DNA of 64,000 nt, taken from IMG/VR virus record IMGVR_UViG_2690315653_000003, positions 1-64,000 of that record. One strand, 5' to 3'. A program made the translations under genes and the position numbers. The stretch's first letter is position 1; every line of letters begins with the position of its first letter. This document shows, in pieces, positions 29,521 through 40,900 of the stretch. Source of the DNA: a virus (taxonomy: Duplodnaviria; Caudoviricetes). The notes beneath the pieces were generated by a model. That model saw only the letters and a program-made list of their open reading frames with translations. It was not told the DNA's origin and searched no databases.

Positions 29521-32171
29521 TGCCTGACGATTTACAAGCCCTGCGAAAAAAGAAATTTGAACCAACCCGTGTAAGCCGCATCCAGCAGTTGGCAAAGCAA
29601 TGGAATGTACCTACCCAGAATATACATACCACAGTTAATTGGGGTTATGATACTGGCATAGATATTCCGGATAGAACTGATTATTTTACGTTAGACTCTT
29701 TGGGAGCACTCACCAATCGTAAAATTGATTACGCTCCCGTTAAGGGTTATCCTGCCGGTACCTATATCCCTGCGGGCAAACCCATACCTGTAATGGATCC
29801 GGCAGCCGTTTTGCCAGGAATGACTCCGATTGGGAAATTACCACCTGTTAAGCTTCCCCCCGGCGTAAAACCAGTAATGAAAAAGGGCGGTGCAATCAAA
29901 AATGGTAGAAAGGCCCAGTATGGAGATATCCTGCCAGTTGGAAGAAACCGGAAAATATCCAGTGAGCTGGAAAATACACCCGTGTCTCCATTACCGGTCA
30001 GGGATATGCAGATTGCAGATTATTTTAACAATCCTCAGAATCGTCGTCTTATTCCCAATGACGCCTCTGTCAATGGCCCAGAGCCGGAAGATCAACAATA
30101 CTACATTGATGGGAAAAATGGACAGATGTACCAGGACGGAGATCAAGGCCCCGTGCCAATTGCTGCAAATGCTGGCCGATCCGGATTTAATATGAGCCTT
30201 AATGCCGGCGCTGTGATAACAGGTGTAAATTCTGCCATTAATTCCTTGTATGATAAAAGCAGGGGCATCAAAGAGTTTTCCCGTCTTAAAAGAAAGCAGC
30301 TACAGGATAGTGGTTATAATCCCTATCAGTATGGAACTGGTTCACAGGCCATCTATAGAAATGGTGGAAGCCTGACACCGGTTGGAGGGAACTCTATTTC
30401 CGGTAATAATCCGATGTTGCAATTTAATGGCCCCTCGCATGAAAATGGTGGTATCCCAATTAATTATGCCGGGCAAAATGTGGAAGTAGAAGGAGGGGAA
30501 ACAGCCTATCAGGATAGAGCCGGCGATCTTAACATTTTCGGAGACCTCACCATTCCAGGCAGCACTATGAAGTTTAAGACTGCAGGGAAAAAAATCGGCG
30601 CACTGGAAGCCATGCTGTCAAAGAAGTTATCCAAGGCAAAGAGTTTAATGGCCGAAAATGATCCGACTGATAAGTTTGAACGCCTTTCATATAATACGGG
30701 CAAATTGCAAATAGCTGGAGCCAGCAGGGATCAGGCAGTTCTCACATCGCTAAAGGAGAATTTATCCCATCTCCAGGAGAAGGCATTACTGGCAGACGGC
30801 AATAATTCCGGAAGCAAGGCAAAACATGGCTATATTATTGCGCAGGATGGTACCAAGGTGCGTAAACCCTCCATGGCTGAAAGACATAATAATCCCGGTA
30901 ATATCAAATATGCCGGATGGCTTGCGAAAAAATACGGTGCTACCAAAGGAGATAAATCTTCTGACGGAGATAACTTCGCCGTTTTCCCATCAAAGCAGGC
31001 TGGTTTGCAAGCAATGAAAGCGCTGCTGAAAGGTCCTGGATATAAGTCCCGTAGCGTAGAAGATGCCATCAGCCGTTGGACAAACTCTGAAGGCTATAAA
31101 ATTGATATCGGTGACCTGAAAGGTAAAAAGGTTGGCAGCTTAAATAATGCCGAGCTGGAACACATGATGAATGTGATTACACAAGGGGAAGATAGTAAGC
31201 TCTATGATCTGGATTTTCTTTTTACTAATAAGCCAAAGGATCCTGTAATTGATGCGAGCATTCATCCTCCGAAAATGACCGTTGCTCCTTTAAACCTTCC
31301 GCAGGGACCTGGTACCTATACTAACAATCCGCCAGATAGCCCAGAACAGGCAAAAGTTCCCGGTAAAAATAAGGTCCCACTCACAGATATTGATAATCCT
31401 GGATCTCCTGCTCGCCCCGGTCATCCAAATCCACTGGCCTTTTCTCAATATGGCCCAGAGCTTTTAGCGCTGGGAGAAAGACCTGATTTTGTTCCCGGAC
31501 AAAGATATGAGCCTAATTTATTTGCTCCTTACCAGGTAACATTTCAGGATAAGTTAAATGAAAACGCAGCCACTTTTAATCGTGTTGCCATGCAGTCGGG
31601 AAATAATCCTTCTGCATTAAGTATTCTGGCTGGTCAGAAATATATAGCTGATTCGGCAGTGCTGGGGGATGAGTTTAGAACCAATCAGGGAATAACTAAT
31701 GATATCACAAACAAAAACATTTCGTTACTAAATGACGCGCAGCTTAAAAATTTACAGCTGGCAGATACGCAGTTTGTAAGGCAGTCGCAGGCTGTAGCCA
31801 ATACACGCCAAAATATTAATAATGCTATTAATTCCATTTCATCGAAGATTGCTCAAAACAGGCTGGAGACAAGAGGATATAACGCGCTGTCTTCTATGTT
31901 TCCTCAATATAATTTTGATAATAATGGAAATATTGAATACCAGCCAAATGAGGAGATGTCTTTTGGAGCTGGTGCAGATATTAGCTCACCTGAACAGTAT
32001 TATCAGCGCACCAGAAACGAGTATGATGGAAGTGGAAAGTTGAGGAAGAAAGTGGTGAACACCCCATCTGATGCCGAGCAAGCCAAACTGGAATATCAAA
32101 ACTGGAATAATAGCTTGAAAAAACGAATGTCGCTGCTTACTACATCGCGCAGATTAAAATCAACTTCATAG
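29520..32171 (+). CDS. Ejected cargo protein with lysozyme-like insert
   Basis: GPSHENGG...VEVEGGE motif; RHNNPGNIK...FPSKQAG..AM..LL muramidase-like domain; Asn/Gln-rich C-terminal coil. Confidence 0.65.
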   Translation: MPDDLQALRKKKFEPTRVSRIQQLAKQWNVPTQNIHTTVNWGYDTGIDIPDRTDYFTLDSLGALTNRKIDYAPVKGYPAGTYIPAGKPIPVMDPAAVLPGMTPIGKLPPVKLPPGVKPVMKKGGAIKNGRKAQYGDILPVGRNRKISSELENTPVSPLPVRDMQIADYFNNPQNRRLIPNDASVNGPEPEDQQYYIDGKNGQMYQDGDQGPVPIAANAGRSGFNMSLNAGAVITGVNSAINSLYDKSRGIKEFSRLKRKQLQDSGYNPYQYGTGSQAIYRNGGSLTPVGGNSISGNNPMLQFNGPSHENGGIPINYAGQNVEVEGGETAYQDRAGDLNIFGDLTIPGSTMKFKTAGKKIGALEAMLSKKLSKAKSLMAENDPTDKFERLSYNTGKLQIAGASRDQAVLTSLKENLSHLQEKALLADGNNSGSKAKHGYIIAQDGTKVRKPSMAERHNNPGNIKYAGWLAKKYGATKGDKSSDGDNFAVFPSKQAGLQAMKALLKGPGYKSRSVEDAISRWTNSEGYKIDIGDLKGKKVGSLNNAELEHMMNVITQGEDSKLYDLDFLFTNKPKDPVIDASIHPPKMTVAPLNLPQGPGTYTNNPPDSPEQAKVPGKNKVPLTDIDNPGSPARPGHPNPLAFSQYGPELLALGERPDFVPGQRYEPNLFAPYQVTFQDKLNENAATFNRVAMQSGNNPSALSILAGQKYIADSAVLGDEFRTNQGITNDITNKNISLLNDAQLKNLQLADTQFVRQSQAVANTRQNINNAINSISSKIAQNRLETRGYNALSSMFPQYNFDNNGNIEYQPNEEMSFGAGADISSPEQYYQRTRNEYDGSGKLRKKVVNTPSDAEQAKLEYQNWNNSLKKRMSLLTTSRRLKSTS

Positions 32172-32216
32172 GTTAAACATCGTTAACCAGCATGGTGATA
32201 GCAGCTGTTATAGTTT

Positions 32217-32224
32217 TAATTTTG
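32217..32224 (+). promoter_or_regulatory. Bacteroidota -7 box (TAATTTTG)
   Basis: Exact TAnnTTTG 20 nt upstream of the 32245 ATG. Confidence 0.55.
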
Positions 32225-32244
32225 TTCCAACCCGATTAACCCTA

Positions 32245-34932
32245 ATGGCAAATTTTTTAGAACAACCACGCCAGTTTAACCCATATATTCAACAAATTCC
32301 CATGGATATTTATGCCACTGTGGGAATGCAACGGCAACAGCAGTACGAACAGGGAGTCCAAAAAGTTAATAGCTACCTGGATTCCTTATCAGGATTAAAT
32401 ATTGCCAGGCAGGTAGATTCAGATTATCTGCAGGGAAGAATTGGTGAATTAGCAGAAAAGGTAAACAAGGTCGCTTCTGCTGACTGGTCGGGCAGGGGCA
32501 TTGTTAATCAGGTTGGAAAACTTGCCGGTATCGTTGCAAATGATCCGGTAATAAAGAATGCGGTGATCGGTACCCAGAAATACCTCAAAGACGAAAGTGA
32601 CATCGCAGAAGCAAAGAAAAATGGTAAATGGGCACCGGAAAACGAATGGCTTTTGAGAAGAGAGATGTCTTCCTGGATGAATGCTCCACAACCTGGAGTC
32701 AGCTACCAAACCGGCGGCTACAAACCCTATGAAGACGTGGCTGCTGAAGTTATTAAATCCTGGAAAGATGCCAAACCCAACTCTACACTCGTGCAGCGAC
32801 CCAACGGTGATTTCTACGCTTATGAAACTGTTAATAATGAAACGGTTGGCAAAGATGGACGCACTTTGATAGAAACGAGCGTAAAAGAATTACGTCCTGA
32901 CCAGATTGCAGATCAGATAAATGGTCTGCTTACCGGGGGACAGCGCGAGCAGCTGGCTTTCTCCGGATTATATCAACATAGAAATATTAATTCTCCAGAT
33001 GATCTTAACAAACTTATTGATGGACATTTTAAAACGACTGAAGGCACTTATCAGCGGCTGTTGGATAATGAAAACCTTGAAATGTCTTTACAGGCGGGCA
33101 ACGCAGGAAAGATTGCAGAAATAAAAGAACGGATTGCCGCCATTGAAAAGAAGAGATCAGAGCTTTCCGGCTCGAAAAAATCCTATAAAGAAGCAGCGCT
33201 CACCAATCCCGATGGGATTAAAAGTTCTATATACTATGAGTCCTGGTTAGGAGGTGTGAGTAATATGCTGGGCTTTTCGGAAACATCCACAAAGGTGGTT
33301 GACAATCCCAGCTACAAAGCAATGTTTGAAGAGTTCAAAGTATGGGCTGATTTACAAAAGGCGCAGATGGCTGCCACTGTAAGTATGGCACATAAATCTT
33401 CTGCTAAAAGCAAAAAAAGTGATGATGAAGAAGGCGGTGGATGGTCTCCTGTCACTGCCACTGTACTTCCCTTAAGCGAAAAAGACAGACGGGGTATTAC
33501 CCTTGATAGTTTTAGAGGCAGACTTCAATCCGTTGGTGACCAGATGGATCAGAGCATGATGGGGCTTCTCTATAGAAAATTCGGAGAGTCCTATGTTAAC
33601 AGAACGGTCAAAGATCTTAATGGCGATGGTATTACTGAAGATGTTTATTCGATAAAGAAGGGTAGCGAAGGAGCTGCGATTCGCGCCCAGGCGGAGTGGT
33701 GGGATGCTTACCGGAAGGGAGATCCTGGGCTTGATATTACCATAAAGGAAACACTAAAAGATGCAGATGAGAAAAGACTGGTTTCCACAAAGCTGGCAAA
33801 GGTTTTAAATGATGTGGAGGGCAAAGCCGATAATTATGTAAGGACAACGAGTCAGTTTCAGGCATATAAAAATGCTGAAAACCGATTTAATTCTCAGCCT
33901 GCTGTTCAGATATATGGTAGTATGATATCTCCTGGAGATCTGAAAGCCTATGAATCCTTAAGAATTTCAACCTCCATATCGACCCCCTCTCTTGGAATAG
34001 GATCTCCTGGTGGAACATATACGCCGGCTCCTGATGCTAAAACTCTTGCCCAGTATGGTTTGACACCGGAAAAATACAATGCTATTCTGAAAGCGGAAGG
34101 TAGTGATGACACGCCTGAAGGAGCTCATCTTTCTTCACTTAGAAATTTATACCAGCAGACAATTAAGCCACTTTCCAGGGTAAATGCTGATAAAGCGGCA
34201 TATATAAAGGATGAGATAAAAAAGTACGCAGGTATTTTTAATGAAGTCGCCCTCACTCTTCCCAGCGCTAAACCTGATGAGCTTAGGCCCATAGCCAATT
34301 TTGTAAGTACCCTCGCAGCAAATGCCAGAGAAACAGAAATGGGAGGGGCCACCAACTGGAAAAAAGTAAGGGAGATGATTAATGGTGATCACCTTAAAGA
34401 AACTGCTTATTCCTACGTTCAGGACAAAGATGGTAATGTACGCCTTAGGATAAGTAATCCGGATGTTGATAAAAACAATCCCCAGGAAATTGTTGTAGAT
34501 TCTCAGACTGCCAGAATAAATAATTTCTCCGTCCCCGACTTCCTGTCCTCTACCAGGTCCCTGCTGGAACTGGGTGAAAATATCCGTACCGGAAACTCCT
34601 TTGAAGAAAGTATCCCTACATCCAATGAACTCACTGGCCGCTACCAGGTTCGCCATGAGGTTGAAAATTTTAACGGAAGATATAAGGTTAAGTTATACAT
34701 ATCTGATCCCCAAAACAAAGAGATAAATGCCAGAGAAGTTCCCATCAACAACGTTTTATTTTCTGATTGGAACCAACTGACAGCGTTTTTGAAAAATGAT
34801 GTTACAGAAAGGTTCATTACCTCTCTGCTCGCCCCTGCACAAAGTAGTCCGGCAGGGACTTCCGGTTACAATTTCCAGAATAACTTTTTTTCTACCAACC
34901 CCCTCATACCAGGTTATAACCCGACACGGTAA
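32245..34932 (+). CDS. Ejected cargo/internal virion protein
   Basis: 895 aa; FNPYIQQIP...QQQYEQG N-terminus; sits between cargo protein and RNAP. Confidence 0.6.
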   Translation: MANFLEQPRQFNPYIQQIPMDIYATVGMQRQQQYEQGVQKVNSYLDSLSGLNIARQVDSDYLQGRIGELAEKVNKVASADWSGRGIVNQVGKLAGIVANDPVIKNAVIGTQKYLKDESDIAEAKKNGKWAPENEWLLRREMSSWMNAPQPGVSYQTGGYKPYEDVAAEVIKSWKDAKPNSTLVQRPNGDFYAYETVNNETVGKDGRTLIETSVKELRPDQIADQINGLLTGGQREQLAFSGLYQHRNINSPDDLNKLIDGHFKTTEGTYQRLLDNENLEMSLQAGNAGKIAEIKERIAAIEKKRSELSGSKKSYKEAALTNPDGIKSSIYYESWLGGVSNMLGFSETSTKVVDNPSYKAMFEEFKVWADLQKAQMAATVSMAHKSSAKSKKSDDEEGGGWSPVTATVLPLSEKDRRGITLDSFRGRLQSVGDQMDQSMMGLLYRKFGESYVNRTVKDLNGDGITEDVYSIKKGSEGAAIRAQAEWWDAYRKGDPGLDITIKETLKDADEKRLVSTKLAKVLNDVEGKADNYVRTTSQFQAYKNAENRFNSQPAVQIYGSMISPGDLKAYESLRISTSISTPSLGIGSPGGTYTPAPDAKTLAQYGLTPEKYNAILKAEGSDDTPEGAHLSSLRNLYQQTIKPLSRVNADKAAYIKDEIKKYAGIFNEVALTLPSAKPDELRPIANFVSTLAANARETEMGGATNWKKVREMINGDHLKETAYSYVQDKDGNVRLRISNPDVDKNNPQEIVVDSQTARINNFSVPDFLSSTRSLLELGENIRTGNSFEESIPTSNELTGRYQVRHEVENFNGRYKVKLYISDPQNKEINAREVPINNVLFSDWNQLTAFLKNDVTERFITSLLAPAQSSPAGTSGYNFQNNFFSTNPLIPGYNPTR

Positions 34933-34937
34933 ATATC

Positions 34938-37900
34938 ATGATAGATAAGAATGTACTTCAAGGTAGCAGCGACCTTTCGCTGCTTCAGTCCAATTATGTT
35001 AACGGAGATCCAACTACCGATTATGCAAACAGCGTTTTAAATAAGTATAAACCCTCTACAAAGGCTTCTACCGGGTTAACTCCATTTTCCGGAGGGACGA
35101 CTCCTGCCACTCAGGTGCCTACAGGTTCTGATGGTGCCCGTTATCCATACTATTCCCCTTTTGTTCCCAGTAACGAAGACTTATACGCATCTTATCAATC
35201 CTGGTACTCTAAAGCCGGCAATGGAATAATGAAAGGTGCCGGACTTGCGGGGACAACATTTTTAAATGGTACTGCAGGTCTTATTGTTGGTATTGGTAGC
35301 GCGGTATCAGATGGAAAAATGTCTAGTTTTTATGATAATGAATTTACCCGCTCACTGGACGATATCAATAAGTACATGGAGGATCGCCTCCCCAATTATT
35401 ATACTACAAAGGAGCAAAATGCGGACTGGTATTCCCCTTCCAATTTATTTACTGCTAATTTCCTGTTCGATAAGGTTATCAAAAATCTTGGATTCTCCGT
35501 TGGAGCCATCGGAGCAGGCTTAACTTATGGGGCGGCGCTAAGGTCGCTGGGGTTATTTTCCAAAGTTGCTTCCGCAGGCGGGCTTGCCAGAGCGGCAGAA
35601 CTAAGTGAGCAAATGGCTTCCGCCGTACCCCAAATGCAACAGGGTGCAGCTGCCACTAACAGTATTCGGGTAGCAGCCGGAGAGTTTCTTTCAGGGTTTA
35701 ATACACTTAATACTGCACAACGAGCTGTGGTCTCAGGTCTTTCAACCATTGGAGAGGCTAATTTCGAGGCGCTTTTGCAATTAAATGATTACCGCCGCGA
35801 GCTGATTTCCAATTATGTAACAGAGAATGGGGTAAGACCTACCGGCAAGGATCTGGACCAGATCAATCAATATGCAGAAAAAGCGGGTAATACCATATTT
35901 GCACTCAATGTTCCCCTCTTAACAGCAACTAATTACATTCAACTACCCAAAATATTAGGGTCTTCCTATCAGGCAGAGAAAAGTATCTTTTCTTCAGGTG
36001 TCAGGAATGCGAGCGCTGTAGCTTTTGATAAAGAGGCAGGCAAGTTTACCTCTACCATTGCTCAAAAAGGATTTGGGAAAATGCTAAATCGGGCTAAAAA
36101 TGTTGCTGGGTTGTTTTTTGCCCCATCAGAAGCATTTGAGGAATTAAGCCAGACCTCATTTAATTTCGGAGTTGAAAATTATTATAATAAAGCCAGGCAG
36201 GGAAAAGATACAGACTTCTTCTCAGATCTGCTGGGAGAGGGCTACCGGCAGGGGATTACTACCAAAGAGGGATTGGAGTCTGCTTTGATTGGAGGTCTCA
36301 GCGGTGGTATTTTTGAGTTAAGACATCAAATCAAAGAACGTGGATTTACCGGTTATGGTGGCAGCCAGGCCGCCACTAATAAGGCGGCCATCAATTTATT
36401 CAATAATAAACTTTTCTCTGGCTTCCTTTCAGATACCCGTGACGCTGTAGACCGTGGTGGTATTATCCAGATGCAGCGAATGGAAGCTATTCGCAGAGGC
36501 GATTTTCTTGAAGCTAAAGAGCTTCAGACTGATTTTACGCTCAATTATCTGGCCCCCAGGATAAAATATGGTCGTTTTGACCTGGTAAAAGATGATATCT
36601 CCACCTACCGTCAGCTGGCTTCTACTCCCGAAGGACTCAGGCAGTTAAAAGATCAGGGTATCATCGCTGATGATACTACCAGTGAGCAGTTACTTTCCCG
36701 TATCAGCAATATGGAAACCCATGCTGATAATGTGAACCATTTATACCAATCCTTAAATATCCGGTACAGTGGACAAAAGGATAAAGATGGAAAGCGTATT
36801 TATCCAGATGAAGTTATCGACAAAATGGTTTATGCTGCAGCAAAGGTGAGTGATTATGACATGAGGGTACCAGCTTTATCTTCCAGTCTGATAGATGCCA
36901 GCATCAACGTTCAGCCTATCCTTGATGAAATGGCACAGAGCGATCATCCCTCGGAGGCTACTATCCGTCCTGCTATAGAGCAGATTAAGAACCTGAATAT
37001 ATTAGCTGATAAGAAAGATGATATACGCGCCGATCTGAGAGATCTTGTTGAACTGACGATGAGAAGAAAACAGTTTCTGAAGGAATATGACAGCTTGAAA
37101 AATAAACCGGAAGAATATATCACTAAGAAATATGGGCCTGTAGTTACTCAAAACGGGGATACTGAAATTATTATTCCTCAGGTAGATCAGGATGGCAAAA
37201 GTTATGATTATAAGGTTAAAACAGGTAGTAAGTACGGTACTTCCACTACTTACCAGCGAAATGGGAATGCTTTTGTTGTAAATCCTGAGTTAAATATTGT
37301 CGAGACCAATCCACTTGGAGAAATACGAACAACTCTACCTGACGGGCAGACAAAGTTTTTATTTCCGGCAGAAATGTCTGGTTATAAGTTATCAGATCCT
37401 CTCACTGAAATTGAAGCGCAAGTCCTGGAATCAAAAATGAATGATGCTATCGATCAGACGGTAAAACTTCCGGCATTCGATCATTTAGAGCAGGAAATGA
37501 AAAATAAGACACTTGCCGAAAAGCTTGACATTATTAATTTTCTTGACGATAAACAGCTGGCAGATGAGCTGGAGAAAGCATTTGGCATCATTAACAGCGA
37601 TTTTGAAAATACACGAAAGAGTATTCAAAAGTTAACTGAGGACCCAGTTGTGAGTACTCAGGTAGACAAAGGTTTTGCAGAAGCAGACGGGCTTGCCGGT
37701 ACAACGCAGACTACTGATCCTGCGGAAGATAAAGAAATCATAGATCAGGTAAATGAAGATCAGGGAGCAAAAAAACATATCACTACCTTATTTCGCTCAT
37801 CAACATCAGAAAATTCAGCCATTTCCGGTGTCGGAGAAAATGATGACTTTCATCGCAGGGCAAATAAGTTATTAAATAATATCGACGATATAACAGATAA

Positions 37901-40900
37901 AGAAAACATCCGTGTTGCAGTTGTAACTTTTGCTAATCAGAAGCAGCTTGGCCTAGAGGGGTTAATTCCTGATAAAGTACCCGGCTCCACGACTTCTTCG
38001 GCTGATATTAATGAAGGTATTATCAGGCTTGTATTTATTCGTTCCACATCTGCCGGAGACTATTTTGTAGACCAGGGTGGAAATAACATGGAAAAAGTGG
38101 GTACAAAACCAGACTTTAATAAGCTGGTATACACCACAATGCCCAGTACTTCGCTTACCTGGAAAAACTATGAATTACGATATATATCAACTGGGAAAAG
38201 GGCTTCTACTCCTGCCCAGGCAGGGACTTATCAGGATGCCTACAGGATTAAAAGAACTTCCTTATTATCCAGGGCAACCGGCTATGAAGTATTTCCGTTC
38301 TCTGTATCGAAAGGATTTGCATCTTATGATAAAACCGGTAACTCATATGCTGTTACGGAGTCTCTTGTTCCGACCAGGGAGCTCAGTAATAAATTACTAA
38401 TAATTCCAACGCAGCAAACAGAAGAAGTAAATGGTAAAAAAGCGGGTAGCATCATTCATAATGATCAGACCATTTATTTACCATTAGGTAGGCCCATTCT
38501 TCAGCGCGGAGCAACCCTTGTTCCTCTTAATAACAGAAAACTTACCGGCAAAGAAAAGCAGGTTATAAAAAAGCTGATCGTAAAACTAGCTGATGGAGCC
38601 TCTAAAGGCACTGTCGATAAGGCAATTCTTAATTATTTTCAAGGTCTTTTATATTGGAAAAAGCCCAGTGATACCAAAGCTGCCACCAAAGGGCAGATAT
38701 GGTATAGTAAAGGTTACCTGTATCTGGGGAGTAGTACAAATAAAACCCCATTTCTGCCCCAATTGCTTTCCTCTTCGCCGCAGCTGGAAAAGTTCCTGGA
38801 CGATGTTTATGTAAGTGCCAATAATTTTCTGCTTACTCAGCGCTTTTCTCAGCCATTTAATGAAATCGTTGATATTGATAGCCAGGATAATCCAGTACAA
38901 GTCCAGTGGAAGAGCTATCAGCACTTTCTGCTATCGGGTTCATATATTACCACCGTAGATGATACTTCGGGTTTAGCCGGAACTGCAAGAGCTACTGACC
39001 AGATACCTTTCACAACTGATATTGCACCTGTTGCTGCTACATCTGATAAGTATGCTGCTACTTTTCAGGGAAGATATGTTACGCTCCAGAATTTTGACAT
39101 ATTCCCCCACACAGCTACTCAGCAGGCGGGTACTACAACGTCTGCAACCGTTACTCCCCTTGCTCAGCAAAGTCCTCCTCCTGGAGAAAGTATTACTCCA
39201 GTGGCTGAAACCGCAGATTTTGAACCTATAATAAAAGCAGGTGATTTTGTACTTGATGGGGTCACGCTGAACCTGATTTCCTTTGAGGGTAAAAAACTGG
39301 CGAGCGTGGCGGCAACTTTTTCCGCTGAAGGTGTGCAGTTTACCGATTATAAACACTTGCGGAAAAAAGCGCTTACAGAAGACTTTAAGGCAAGCGTTCT
39401 ACAAATTGCTACTGTTCAAATTAACCAGGCAGTACTTGCCGAAATCGAGAAACGTACCTCTGCAGCTGAACAATTAACTGTTAGCCCCGAAAGTAATGCT
39501 CCTTCCCCTGCTGTTGCCCCTATAGCGCAAACAGCAGATTTAAATGCCACGGAAGCAACTAATACAGGCCCGCAGGCGGAAAGTAATGTGTCTGGTAAAA
39601 CTGCTGAAGAGATTTTTAAAAACCTGCGTCCAAACAGATCAGGAAATGACATCGCTGGTGGTCAGTACAGGATTATCAGCCATCTTCCTAGCTCCAGGGA
39701 GAATATTCCGGCGTTCAAAGACTATTTAAGTAAAGTGCTGCCGGCAGTACCGCTTCGCGTAGTAGACAACCTTATATCCACAACAGATGGAGGATACGCA
39801 TGGGGTGTTTTCCGGGATAATGCTATCTACCTGTATGAAGGGGCTGAAATAGGTACCGGTTATCACGAGGCATTTGAGGCAGTATATGGTATGTTTTTAT
39901 CCTCCAGACAACAGCAGGAGATTATAAAGGAATTTAAAAAACGATCCGGATCATTTATAGACAGGGTTAGTAGTAATCAAGTTTCCTATAATAAAGCAAC
40001 TGATCACCAGGCCAAGGAACAAATTGCTGAAGAATTCAGAGAATTTAATCTTAGCGGAACACTTCCAGAGAGGCCGGCAGCCGATGGTTTTTTCAAGCGG
40101 CTTTTAAATTTTATTAAATCAGTTCTGCTTGGAAAGGCAGCAAGTATGCGAGAGATATTTTCCAGAATTAATGAGGGTTATTATTCCCGCATGACTCCTC
40201 CCTATGCCAATAGGGTCTCAGCAGAGCAGTACAGCAGGTTTATTCCCGGATTAAATACCAGATTTATTCAACAGGTGATGGAAGGGATGACATCGATGGT
40301 ATTTGAAGAGTTGTTTTCAGAAAACAGAAGTCTGGTGGAGTTTGATGAATATCATCTTTCGGTTTCCGATCTCTATAAAAAGGTTTATGACCGGATGCAG
40401 GTGTATTTTGATACTTCGCTCCCTGAGGGTTTGTTGGCAGATATTGAAGATGCTAAACTAGATCAGAAAGAAGCTGAAAAAACGATAGCGCTTTATACTG
40501 ACTTTTATAATAAAACCTGGCTACCCATAAGTAACAACTGGCAAAAGCTTTTGCAGATTAATGAATCTTTCCTGAAGCCTTTTAATCTGATTTTTGAAAC
40601 TGATCTGAACCAGGAAGAACTGGAGGCCGCTATCAATAATCCAGGTAAAAACCAGCGTGATTATGAGCGAGACATCTTAAAAATCAGTGCGCGAAAGAAT
40701 GCCGCATCTTCTATAAAATTATTATTTGCTACCCTCACTCAGGTAGAAGATGACGGTTATAATTCGGCAAAACAGGATGTGCTGATTGCGCCAGCAAAAA
40801 AACTCTCCTCTATCAAACTCCCACAGCTCGTCAATTATGCTAGAACCTTCAACAGGATGCTATATGAGGTCGTAGGGTCTATCTCCCCAAGCGATATGAT

